Positions 38,807-51,171 of a stretch of 64,000 nucleotides of DNA are shown piece by piece (the stretch's first letter is position 1; each line of letters opens with the position of its first letter). The position numbers and the translations under genes are program-made. The stretch covers positions 429,812 through 493,811 of the forward strand of contig NC_092675.1 in NCBI RefSeq assembly GCF_964355755.1. Reading direction: 5' to 3'. Below the pieces are notes generated by a model that was not told where the DNA came from, made no database searches, and saw nothing but the letters and a program-made list of their open reading frames with translations. Origin of the DNA: Antedon mediterranea (Eukaryota > Animalia > Echinodermata).

Positions 38807-40451
38807 CGGCTCACTATGTCTCAAATAGTAATACAACCAGTAGGTGCAACCTCCGGCTCATTATGTCTCAAATAGTAATACAACCGGTAGGCAGTACCCT
38901 CCGGCTAACTTTACTTACTGTGTCTTAACTCTCCTTTTATTATTCAACTCTAATTTTCTCTTTCTTTTCTCTAATCTTCTCTACACTTTGTTTTCCAATC
39001 TCTCTAATGTCTTATTTTACACGTCTTCTCCCTGGTTCTCCGCTTTTCCAACTCCAATCGCGCTCTCCTTTTAAACGCAGCTCGAGTTCACCCTCCATTG
39101 CCTTCCTTCTCCAATCCCTCTCTGCCCTTTTTCTCACGTCCGTTCTCTGCTACTCTTCCTGCCTAACTCCGCCTCCATCTGCCGCCCTCTGTCTATCAAA
39201 TCACTAGACCAATACAAAACAAAATACTGTACTTATGTGTCAATGATCCTTATTTGTATGTACTTAGTATATGCTTCGATTATTGTTCCAGTTTTAGTTC
39301 AAAATAAGGATATTTTAATACAACCCTTGACAGTTCATCAATCAATATTTGTAGCGACAAGTAGCGACATAGCGACCAGCACAAGACCATGTTTGCAGAC
39401 TCTCTTCCCCATTACTTCTACCATATGTTAATATGACTATCAGTTAATTTTAAAAATCCAGCAAGAATTCTTGATAATTCAATTGAGACATGTCCAACCA
39501 ACAGTGCCTCTTCATGATTTCCTTTGTAGACACCTACGGCATTCTTGTCATACAATAGTGCTTGTCTCCATCATCTTTATGACATTGTAGCCATTCCCCT
39601 GTGATTGGTTCCAGACTTGTTTATACACATGGTGGCCCCTGATGTTACTCAAAAATGTAGATTTATACACATTTACACTACTACTAGCTTTCGCCATAAT
39701 TTGTGTTTAACGTCGAAAATGTGTTTATGCCTAGGATACATGTGCATGGAAATTCTACGCTAGAAAATGTGTTTACTCGTACTGTTTTATTTTTTTGCTG
39801 ACCGGAAAAGTTTGGGGTGGGTTACTATTTTCAGGTACCTAATTTAAGATTAGTAATAGTGACCCACTACTCTTATAGTAACCGCGCCCTTCTAATAGTA
39901 ACCCACCCTAAAAAACAATTAAAGAATAATAACCCAGGGTTTCTATTACAAGATTTACGGTATTTGAATGTTGGCGGCCATCTTGAATTTGGTCCTTTAA
40001 ATGTCTTTAGAGAAAATGGCAACATATTTGTTTTCATTCCTTATATTATCAAGATATGAAATAAAATCAAAGTTTGCTTTTAATAAAAAATATACACAAC
40101 ATTCATATAAACGACATACAAGCCTACACTATTAACTAAATGTTGGGACACGATTGCTATCACACCTCCGACTTTCAACCACTTTCAGTTGATAAACTAT
40201 GCCTTTGGTCTTGGTGTAGAGCCACTTGTGACGTATAGACATCAATTTTCTTATTTTTAAAAATTAAATTCTTTTGATGGGTGTGGTCAGTGGAATTGCT
40301 GCCAATTTTTCTATATTATTAACTGACATGAGACATAATTAATCAATTAATTAATGTACTGTATATACATTTCATTTTAAGTCCTATACATTGTGAATTT
40401 AATATATTAATACCCTCGAACCCATGCCTATCACATGCTTTATGGTGTATA

Positions 40452-40554
40452 TACAGTACCTGCCGCTATTTCTAGAGGGTCTCCTATTCAGAACGCAACG
40501 TTGCTTAACTTCGATTATCTGACGAGAACCGGTGTTTCAACGCAGTATGCCGTA
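40452..40554 (-). pseudogene. 5S rRNA-derived sequence (pseudogene or SINE3 head)
   Basis: Minus strand TACGGCATAC..GTTGAAACACCGGTTCTCGTC.GAT..CGAAGTTAAGCAACGTT..GGAGACC..GTACTGTA matches metazoan 5S, with a deletion in the 3' half. Confidence 0.8.
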
Positions 40555-40790
40555 TATACATAGGCATATGTCACTTATTTTCCAGAAGCGTTGGCCATGA
40601 TTCCGAGAACCATTCGGGTACACCCACTAGAAGGTGCGCAAGAATTTGAAAATGGTTGAAATTTAACTTTTTAAAATAATTTGGCTACAAAATCTAATAA
40701 AGCTTTTGTAAATAGGTGATTGTTTTTACTACCACCTAATTATTTTAGTTACCTATCAGAACTAACTATGCAGCATTATTGTCTACTTAC

Positions 40791-41024
40791 CAATGAAATA
40801 ATACACTGTAAATCCACAGGTTCCTGTGTTTCCAGCAGTATCAGTAGCAGTACAATTAACAATAGTTGAATCATTATTAAATGATGAACCAGAAGGTGGA
40901 GTACAAGTAGCTGACAGATCAGTATCAACATTGTCACTGACTGAGGGGTCATCCCAGGTCACTGTAGTAAACTCTAAGTATGCATATCTAGCACTGGGAC
41001 AAACAACAGTTGGATTCTCATCAT
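40791..41024 (-). CDS. HYR exon 2
   Basis: DDENPTVVCPS..VTWDDPSVSDNVDTDLSATCTPPSGSSF..ATDTAGNTGTCGFTV; TAG acceptor, GTAAGT donor. Confidence 0.85.
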
Positions 41025-41487
41025 CTAGTATAATAAAACAATTATATTAAAATATATGTTGTATGACGTATTATAACTTGTATATGCTGTAGCTTTAAAA
41101 ACTTATTTGATAGTGATATCAGTCAAAATAATTTTGGCTGCAATTACGGTGTCACACATTATAAGCTGACAATTGATTTATTGCTTGGAAAAAATAACTA
41201 ACAAAATCAATCATAAATGGCAAAATTATTGTCCTGAGAAAATAATGTAAACAAATTTTTGTTTGTTGAATAGGCTATTTTAACATCATATAATAATTTA
41301 TTTTGACCAAAAAATTGAATCAGAAAAAAAATGTATTTACCAAATAAGGTTTCTTGTCTTTTTTATAAGGAAAATTATTAATTTTGTTCATATTTTGAAA
41401 AAGCGATATTCTAGAAATTCAACCAGATAAACTGACACAATTTAATTAAGACCTTTTAATTAGTACAGGAAATAAGTTCAAGCATAC

Positions 41488-41724
41488 CTAATGCTATAAA
41501 TTGTATGTTAAAAGTACAAAAAGCTGTAATGTCAGTGCTATCAGTTGCTGCACAAGTTACGGTAGTAGAATCAGCAGTAAAGGATGAACCAGAAGGTGGA
41601 TTACAGGTGACCTTCAGATCAGAATCTCTATCATCAGTTACTGTTGGTAGATCCCATGTCACTATTGAAGGTGAGGGGCCTACAACATCCCTATCAAGAC
41701 AAGTCAATACCGGTGATAAAGGAG
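41488..41724 (-). CDS. HYR (hyalin repeat) exon 1
   Basis: PVLTC..VTWDLPTVTDD..VTCNPPSGSSF..TTVTCAATD..CTFNI; 237 nt, phase 1-1. Confidence 0.85.
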
Positions 41725-41967
41725 CTATAAGAAAGAATAACATCTATTATATTATCAATATAATATATATTATCACCATCATAATAATATTGGAATCTAC
41801 CAGTATAATCTGGTGACCCATTTCTGCTGTTCTTTTTGTTAACTAAATTATTGTAAATTAAATTTGTGTATTGATATACTACAGCTTTGTTTCTTTGAAG
41901 AATGTTATATACAACATTTGTTGCAATTTTGTCTATGTTTTTTTTAAATGGAATGCTACAGATGCGG

Positions 41968-42844
41968 TAGACGTGAAGTGCAGTGACTACACAAGTATTG
42001 GAAGAGGAGTGAGACAGGGTTTGAGAGTATGTGGTAGAAATATAACAAACATCAGATATGCAGATGACACAGTTTTACTGGCAGACTCAGCTGAAGATCT
42101 CCAAAGGTTGCTGGACGTGGTTGTAGTAGAGCGTGAAAAGATGGGTCTGTCTATAAACTGTAGCAAGACAGAGTGTTTAGTATTGTCAAAAAAGGAGAGT
42201 CCAACATGTAACCTTAGAGCAGGAGACCAGATAATTCAGCAGGTGTCCTCTTTTAACTATCTTGGGAGCAAAATAACAGATGATGCCAGATGTGTAACGG
42301 AGATAAAGAGAAGGATAGTCCTTGCAAAATCCGCATTTGGAGAAATGGAGAATATCTTGAAGAACTGTGCGATGAGTATGGAAAGCAGGTTGCGTGTATT
42401 AAACTGCTACATCCATCCTGTGCTGATGTATGGAAGTGAAGCCTGGTCAATAACAACTGACCTCAAAAAAAGATTGGAAAGCTGTGTGATGTGGTTTCTA
42501 AGGAGAAAGTTGAGAATTCCATGGACAGATAGAGTTAGTAATGAAGATGTGTTGATAAGAGCTGGAATGTGCAGGAAACTACTGAAGGATATTAGGATTA
42601 GACAGATAAAATTCACAAGACATGTGTTGAGAAAGTGAGGTCTGGAGAACTTGGCAAACACTGGAAAGATGAAGAAGGAGCAGGGGAAGAAAAAGAGTCA
42701 CTTGGTTGGCCAGCATAGCTGAATGGATTCGGAATAGAGGTGAGAATACCAAAGAAGTGGAGTTGCTGAACATGGCAATAGACAGAGAATTATGGCACAA
42801 CATGATCGCCAAAGTCTCATGATACGGCACTTCGAGAGAGAGAG
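41968..42844 (+). mobile_element. 5'-truncated RTE-clade LINE
   Basis: RGVRQG, NIRYADD, FNYLGS, YGSEAW, LRIPW motifs; (GA)n tail; 10-bp TSD ACAGATGCGG at 41958 and 42845. Confidence 0.9.
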
Positions 42845-42991
42845 ACAGATGCGGCCCAGAAATAATTTAAATCTAAAAATTAAGTCAAGAACAGTAGACT
42901 TATAATATTATTGATTTAGTGTATTAAATTGCTTTAATATGGATAAACTGATGAAATAGCTATTTTATACAAAATAGTTGAAATAATTTAC

Positions 42992-44757
42992 TTCCGTAGA
43001 CATAGACTTCACAAACAACGATCTCATTACTTCTCCTTTGAAATAGAAAGACAAAGCGTCCAATTACATCTTGGTACCAACTGTGATAATTATTAGTGCT
43101 TAAGGAATCAATGGATTCATATTGGTTACTGGCATCTAAAGGTGAATCTGTACTATTAACAACGTAGACATCCATGCCAAAGTTTGATACTAAAAGAAAA
43201 ATAAGACTTTCAAGCTAAATAAACTAGTGTAGTAATAATCAACAGGTCATGTTTAACATTTAAGATTAAAATTTAACCAAGAGAAAGTTAGATGATAATT
43301 TTTTATTGCATTTCACACTGGCCTCAGTTGGCAAACAATCGCTTTGACTGAAGATCCATGCTACAAAATGGGATAAAACACAACCATTACAAACATTAAG
43401 ATGTTGAGGAAAAGGCCTTCGTGATAAATACCTATTTGACATTGTCGTTTGCGACAGACGTCTTCTACACTCATAAACATGACCAACTAACAAATTTTCT
43501 AGCCATTTTAAAATATTCGTAATGGGAAATATAACAAGAATACAATTTTCAACTCCACCTTAAAATTATCCACTCACAACTAATAAACAATCAATTTTCT
43601 TGTTTTTAACTTCAAACAGGCACTAATATTCTGTGCTGTAAGTTTTTTTCAGAAAGAAACAATAATCAACAAATCAGAATACTTGAATACTTTTTTGTAC
43701 ATTTTTCCAAACATATTTTCTTAAAGTCTCCAAAACAGGTTTTTTCTTTTTAATGTTATTTTTTTTCAAACCTAGTTTTTTTAGGAAACCAGATATTTAG
43801 TGGCACATCAAAGTGTACATTTTTGAAACAGTTGACGGAAAAAGTTAAAATGTTAATGTTATACCTTCAAATCCATAAGCTGTATAAATACGAATATTGG
43901 TAATGCGATGCAGATCACTTAAATCAACATACCAATAAGGGTTCTGGTTTCCTGAAACTAAAGATAAACAATTCTCAATTCTTTGTGTGTTTAATTAATT
44001 AAAAGCAACATTTTCTAAAATCTGTTTAATTACTCTGACTCTGAACAACCATTTACATCGTTTTATGCCTGTGTAAACATAAACTTAGCATAAATCTAAA
44101 ATCCTTTAAGTAAATAGTAAAGGGATTCAATGTTTTTATATTATCTACAACCCCAATTAATGAAGATGAAAAATACTTAATAAAAAAGAGTTATTATTTG
44201 ACTTTATAGAATTGAACTTTAATTTGAAGGAAAATACAAACAACCTAAAAGACTGATTAAAGAATATTAAGATTACAAAGAGTTTAACATGTGCCCCAAC
44301 AAAAACCAACAAGTCGTTTGACGCTACAAGACGCTACAAAAGAAGGCTAAAAAACATTTATTTTAGCGGCCCAAAAATGTTTGTAAAGCCCTGTCTACAC
44401 TATCAAACTAGTTTGAAAAAAAAAGTGTGATGTGCCCAAATATGGTAGTGATATGCCCAAATATGGTAGTGATATGCCCAATGTGATAGTGATATGACAT
44501 CATCGTGTCCATATATGGGCATGTCTGTCACATTTTGTTGTCACATAAAGTTTGATAGTGTAGACAGACCTTAACTGTAAATAATCAAAATTTGGATTGA
44601 CCTATACTCAGATTGCACTTACCAACTGTACGTGAACATGAACCATAGTTGAAATTCTTATTATTGTTACCATTAACAGCTAAACCAGCATCATACAATA
44701 TACCATCAGAGGAATAAGTTGTACTCTGGTATGCAGGCTTGCCAGTTGACACAACGC
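42992..44757 (-). CDS. F-type lectin (fucolectin/FTP, F5/8-like) domain encoded by 3 exons
   Basis: Exons 44623-44757 (VVSTGKPAYQST..AGLAVNGN..GSCSRT), 43865-43951/43957 (NPYWYVDLSDLHRITNIRIY) and 42992-43189 (..GRFVFL..IVVCEVYVYG). All are AG/GT-bounded, phase 1 and in frame, and match FTP motifs GKPAxQS, AVDGN, PWWxVDL and LCEVxV. Confidence 0.8.
44387..44571. mobile_element. Harbinger/Tourist-like MITE
   Basis: TIR AGCCCTGTCTACACTATCAAACT / AGTTTGATAGTGTAGACAGACCT flanked by TAA; a partial second copy lies at ~60695-60800. Confidence 0.8.
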
Positions 44758-45244
44758 CTTTTACAAAATAAAAACACAATCTGACACTGCATACAATGTT
44801 AACAATTTACATTATAATTTTAAAGTATTGAAACATTATGTATTTAAAAAGAAAGATTATATATGAACAGACTAGGTCACTCGGTGAATTAAAGGGCTTT
44901 ACAATACTTTCAATATTGTACATTGTCTTAAAATGCCTAATTCTAAATTGTATAATATAAATATTTTTAAGAGAAACAACATAATTATCTGCTAGAGTGT
45001 GATGCAGATTTTAGGATAATGATGACTGTCCAAATCTTAAACAACATGTAAAAAACAAATTTGCACTGATTTATGCATGTTTTTATTCATTTAGTTGTTG
45101 CAGTGATTTTTCTTGTTTAATAAATATCTTTCTTTTAATAATTATATCAATCACATTTTTTTAAATTTAATTCTATACAAATGCATTCTTCTAATATTTC
45201 TTCGTAATATTTTATATAAAATGAAATTCTTCAAAACAAATAAA

Positions 45245-46142
45245 GGCGCTAGTTCTGTTTCGCACCTGTTTTTATTTCGACTTCCTTTTGACTCCAAATT
45301 GTTAAGCAACTTATTGTGAATACCACACCTTAAAATTGGGCCTCATAAGTACTTTTATGAAGAAGAATCACATAAAAAGTAACAAATAAATCCTTAAATT
45401 GATGATTTAACAGACATGTTTCTCGCATACCGTTCGTGAATTTAGCATACTCAAAGTTCAATATTTTCGTTTCTATGGAGCGCCAAAAGAGCAACAACAA
45501 TAGATGGTTAAAAACTCAGTGGAATGCGTCTTCTTTTAATGCATTTATTATTGAAATACACGTTTAATTTGAATATATTTTGTCAATAAAAATGCTGTAA
45601 CATTTTACTGCTAATAATTTGCCGTTTTCAAATAGCAACCAACCCTAGGCCTAACTAAGAGTAAGACTAAGACTAAGAGGAATATTATTTAGATCAGATA
45701 TACCCCTACAGTACATGTAATATGATGATGAATTTGTCGATTTTCATTCCTAAAAGTTCCTGCAAAAACCATGTACAGTATCAACAGTAATATTTTTGTT
45801 GCATTGACATTGACAAAATATGATAAAATTGAACGTAATTTTCACCAATAAATGCATTAAATATACGCAATTTACTGAGTTTTTAGCCCTCTATTATGAT
45901 TGCTCTTTTGGCACTCCATATAAACAACAACATTGAACATGGAGTATGAGAAATTCACGAACCGATGTGCGAAAAACAATTCTGTAAATTCATCAATTTA
46001 AAGGATTTATTTTTTACTTTTTGTGTGATCTCCTTCGTAAAAGTATTTTTGAGGCCTAATTCTAAGGTGTGGTACTCACGATAAAATTACTTAACCAATT
46101 TTGAGTCGAAATAAACGACAGGTGCGAAACGGAACTAGCGCC
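45245..46142. mobile_element. Long-TIR non-autonomous element with 8-bp TSD (Merlin-like)
   Basis: GGCGCTAGTTC..GAACTAGCGCC termini, several hundred bp of inverted repeat, TSD CAAATAAA; empty paralogous site at ~50481. Confidence 0.85.
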
Positions 46143-46769
46143 CAAATAAATCCATCCATGATGGATTTGAACAGTAAGGCCTAGATAAGATAAGATAAAT
46201 TTATTGAACAAACGCTTTTGTATCAGCGGCACACGTTCATTTACAAGGCAATGTAAAAACAAAAAGAAAAGTATCAAAAATAACATTTTTTTCTTAACTA
46301 AGAAGCGAATTACACAAGTAAAATGAAATAGTAAAAACAAGGTAACCTATATGATGGAGTTAATGTTATTATCTATTTATTATCAGTATTATTAATATTT
46401 TCAAGTTTAAAGCGAATATTATCATTATTATTATTAAAAAAATATATATATATAATTGCTAATTGATTTTATTATACTGTTATTATTAAAATAAATGCAA
46501 CTGTTATATGATTATTTGTTCTTATTATATTTAATTTTAATAGTTATTTGTAATTCAATTAAACGTGATACTATTTTTATTATACTATTTAGTCTTATTA
46601 TTAGTACTGTATTATTTATTATTTTATTTAGATTTAGGTTACATTATTATATAATTTTGAAGGAAGAAAACAAAATTTTAAAAAAATATAAAAATATAAT
46701 ATATTATTGAATTAGATAAATGGTAAAATATGTTAGTAGATAATATGGTGGGCGGTAAATATATATTTA

Positions 46770-47735
46770 TATATTATTATACAGATATTGACTGCTTAGA
46801 GGTTAAATATAAGATTTGACATCCCCTCGGGAATGATATTAAGTTCGAGGGAATATATATTTCCATATATTTCCCGAAGCGCCAGCTGAGGGAAATATAT
46901 ATTCCCCGAGAACTTAATATCATTCCCGAGGGGATGTCAAATCTTATATTTAACCGATATAAAAGGCAATATCTGTTATATTATATAGCCAAGAACAAGT
47001 CTGCTGGGTTGGGTGAAGCTAGGCTATAGGCCTCCTAGTATTTGTATTGTATTTAAAACAAGCCTGCCTAGACACCTTACCTTGCGAAGAATAATATACA
47101 GATAATTACTAATTAATGATTCCTTGGCAATAAAATATTCACTTAGGCCTAGGTCGTTTAAATTAACAGAAGAATTTCCATCAATAAGCCTATTAATAAT
47201 AATATTATAATCAGGTAGGCCGAATAAACAATTCGTCTTCTTCTCGATCTTCGAGGAGCCGAATCACCGGATGTTCAGCGCGTACTAGTTACTAGGTTAC
47301 TACCGTGAGTATTGACCAATCACAAACGGTGTTTCATCACATTTAGGGTGGACTTATAACAAATGAGGGCGCTATGTATGCATACTGTAGCTTAAATAGT
47401 TTAGAAGATTAATTTCTTCAAGCAAATTCCATGGCCCAGCGGATGAAACGTTGTCTTGCGATGGAGTGACAATTCCACCCGAGTTCAAGATCGAGTAGAT
47501 GACTTTTGTTTATTTATCGGCAAACTCGAGTGTTGCACACGAAAATTACACAGTCAATATCATCGTACTCGAGAATTTATATGATTAATGACAGGGGACA
47601 CGATTATTACGCGAAAATTACACAGTCAATATCATCGTTCTCGAGGATATATACGATTTACGATCCTCGCAGCGGTAGTCATGTGATGCAGTTTCAACCA
47701 ATCACGTTCGCGTATTTACATAGGCTATGTAATAT
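46770..47735. mobile_element. Non-autonomous element with an internal palindrome (Crypton-like by appearance)
   Basis: Near-perfect inverted repeat 46800-46955 (GGTTAAATATAAGATTTGACATCCCCTCGGGAATGATATTAAG). Family assignment and boundaries are tentative. Confidence 0.45.
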
Positions 47736-47738
47736 ATA

Positions 47739-48300
47739 TTAATATGCAGCAGTTAAGTATTGTTTACAGTGATAGTCTACAATTTCACCTATTCTCTCAA
47801 ATGGAAATTCTAAATAAAGGTCATCAAGTAAAATATGATGTTGGTATTCGATTGTACCACTTCTAAAATTCTCCCAGAATGTATCATAACCACAATACAA
47901 TAAATCCATTTTTAGTAAGTTAAAATGTGTATCTCTTACATTTTTAAGGTTTGAACATTCAAGTAGAAAATGGTCTGTAGTTTCAATTAATTGATTGTTG
48001 CATAGCTTGCAAAAACCAGTCTCATTTTCTGACCATGTATTTTTTCTACCTTCTAAATCAAGAGAGTAAGACCTCGCTTTTAACTTTAAACTAATGGAAT
48101 CAAAATTCACCATATCAAACATGTATGTCTCTGCTTTAGGTTCATGTTTATATTTCAAATATTCGGAGAGGGATGACTTTGTTTTTGCACCTTCTAACCA
48201 TTCCTTGATATTTTCTAGAGAGTTGGCATGTGTATTATGTAAATTTGATTTAGGAAATAAGTTTAATTTAAATCCGGAAAGTCAATGGTTTAAAAGTTGA
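47739..48300 (-). mobile_element. LINE ORF2 C-terminal fragment (CCHC zinc finger)
   Basis: CKLCNNQLIETTDHFLLEC motif. Confidence 0.7.
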
Positions 48301-48587
48301 AACCATAACCCATAATATCATTTTAGACCAACTTGAACACAATTACTGTATAATCATAATATGCACTCTTTGTAAATTAGTTGTTCAAAAAAAAAAAAAT
48401 GTTTAAGTTATTGTATTGAGGTATAAAAGAACGCTACTATTAATACTAGAAGTTATCTGAATGATAAACAATAATTTCTCTACAGCAATAGACTTAGCTA
48501 AAGAACGGGGGATGTAGTGAGCCCTCTATTGTATGACCTATGTTAATGAACGAGTCACTCGTGTCTGTCTTGTATGTGTCTGTACAG

Positions 48588-50103
48588 GGGTCATTCTTCA
48601 GTAAGTGTCTAAAATCGTGTCCCGATACTTTGGTGGGATAGAGACTGAAAATTCATCATTAAAAAATAAAAATTCTTGACTTAAATCATAATCAACATTA
48701 TTGTAAATATAATTAATTACATAAAACAAAGAAAATTACATTGATATTGTTAATTTTTATAAAAAATGTTTCAGGCAACCCCCTAAAATCCTATGTCCCG
48801 ATCGTACATCTTCAATTTTATGATCGCCGTATATATTTGATAACAGGACTTTTGTTATCGAAAATATTGTAAAAAGTTAGTTAATCATGATTTCATGCGA
48901 TTATATTCTTCGAAATACATCTCTACATACATTAAATCTCAAACTTTAAAGTTTTTGTTTGGAAAAAGCTTGTCCCGCAGTTTTGTGTCATTTCCGTCAC
49001 ATAATTTAAATGTACCGTCTACAGTTTAATGAATGGCGGGGAAAAAAATTGACTGTGCGTTGTAAACATACGAAGATATTGAAATAAAACTAGCCGCACA
49101 TCATTTTCAATTAAAGAGGAAAAAAGCGTACCTTTATTGAATGTCATATCCGATCGGTATAGCGACTCATTAAATACTTATAATTTCTGGTTTTTTTCAA
49201 CTGGAAGTACAAGTTATTCACGGTATCTAGAAGTATGCAATCCGTCTCCGCTGTCAGACATGCCTACGATGTGATCCTAGGCTGTCCAATGCTAAATACA
49301 TCATCTCCGTCACGGTCAGCTCCGTCACATTTCCCAATGTTTCGTTGTGACGGAGATGACGGCCCGTGACGGATATGACTTTTTGTTATTGCCAGGGCCT
49401 TTTTTTGTTGTACATTTTGTTTTGTATATCTTTATTATGTTATTGCATTGTATATCTATGTGACTCTGGTCAATAAACATAATCAAATCATATCTTAAAG
49501 TCATCTCCGTCACATGATTTTTTAAGTTCGTCATATCCGTCACGGTTTCATCTCCGTCACATGGATATTTTATCCTTTTAAATCCTAATATATTAAGTAA
49601 TGAGCGCAATTATGTGGTATATTGAAATATAAACAATATTCTTCTACTATGTCAATGGATAGTAATATTAGTTCAACAGAATTTTGTAAAACATCAGTGA
49701 CAGTCATACTATATTCTGAAAATTATTATTTTTTGGAATAGTAAATGGTTTTGAACGTATAACATCATACTTATAAATGTTAAAACAATCATTTTTTTAT
49801 TAATAGAGACAAAAATAATATATATAGTATCAAAGAATTAATAATGGAAATAATTTTATAATTCCTAAACTGTTATTTTTTCTATCTTTGTATATTCCAT
49901 AAATGTGACGGAAATGACAGTAACATAGTTGTATTTATAAATACGAATAAAGTACGAAATATATAATAAAGATTGCGCCAAACATACGCTTGCCATGTAA
50001 TACATGTTCATTTATCTGAACAAACTTTTAAAATTTAAAAAATGCAAATTTTAAAATCGATTTTTTATAAACCTGAAATTAGACACTTACTGAAGAATGA
50101 CCC
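48588..50103. mobile_element. Non-autonomous TIR element (~1.5 kb)
   Basis: TIR GGGTCATTCTTCAGTAAGTGTCTAA / TTAGACACTTACTGAAGAATGACCC; many internal TCCGTCAC motifs in both orientations. Confidence 0.8.
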
Positions 50104-50672
50104 ACGTGTAAGTCAATATAGAGAAACACAACATAATGCATTATATGAAATCTTTTATTTTGTACTTGAAAATCATAAAACTAGTTTATATTATATGAAT
50201 GAATGGGCTAGGCTAGTTCGCCGTGCATCGCTGTTAGCAAAGATAGTGTAGTATCTTTGCTGTTTAGTCTGTATATGTAGAGTACAGTATAGAATCGCCG
50301 ATTACCTCATGCGCAATAGCATGTCGGATTCCCTAACACTGAGCAGTTGAGTTCCGGTGCCGGAATCCTAACCACGGCGATAATAAATTTCTCAATCACA
50401 TTTTTAAAATTTAATTCTATACAAATGCATTCTTCTAATATTTCTTCGTAATATTTTATATAAAATGAAATTCTTCAAAACAAATAAATCCATCCATGAT
50501 GAATTTGAACAGTAAGGCCTACCTAACCTTTTTTTACAACTAGTAGGTATACAGAATGAATAAGTCATGTACTCAGCCTAGCCTGTAAAAAGAGACTAAG
50601 CAAACAATTTTAGGGCAGGCCCTATTATTAATATCATGGTTACATCCCTTTAGTAGGCCTAGCCCTACTCAC

Positions 50673-50742
50673 CTGAAGGCGTTCTCTGCGATGAACATAT
50701 GAAGAAGCATTGTAGAAATACCAAAATCAGCGTTAACATCAT
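50673..50742 (-). CDS. Receptor locus exon 1: signal peptide (MMLTLILVFLQCFFICSSQRTPS-G)
   Basis: ATG at 50742, hydrophobic core, donor CAG|GTGAGT at 50672. It is phase 1 and joins in frame to the FTP exon at 44757. Confidence 0.8.
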
Positions 50743-50938
50743 CCTTCTTCTTTATTAAACAATGTTATTTAATAAAATTGTTATAAGGCTGTATGCTTAA
50801 TTACTACCATTGAAAGTTATTTCCTTGTAGTGGTATACTTCCGCCCTCATAAGTTCAAGAAGTTTAAACATGTATCAATTCATGATTTATCTACTACGTC
50901 ACAACATAAATGATACCATAAATGGCTTTTATAAATTG

Positions 50939-51171
50939 GGTAAATCGCGCGTTACTTCTAAAATGTTTACTCGATGGTATATAAAGTTGGTTCGTACTTT
51001 CGGTACTTATTTAACCACCTGATGTAACCCTGTTTACTAATTAAATTTAGTTAGATAATTAGTTATTGACAATTAAAGCGAATTTAGGTTCAAACGATTT
51101 GCACCCAAATAGAGTGTTTTCCGATCGTAGTATACACTGCCTAATGCATGTCAATCTTGAAAAATACCCGC
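50939..51171. repeat. Dispersed ~220-bp repeat (second copy ~63135-63347)
   Basis: GGTAAATCGCGCGTTACTTCTA.AATGTTTACTCGATGGTA..AAAAATACCCGC is present in both places. Confidence 0.8.

Noticed and set aside
38052-38836. Repetitive ORFs (VTPLLVVTLLLE / NNGVTSNSNVTT)
   Set aside because: By-products of a 36-bp minisatellite with frameshifting indels and no splice support.
40452-40554. Functional 5S rRNA gene
   Set aside because: Single copy with a deletion in the internal promoter region and no oligo-T terminator.
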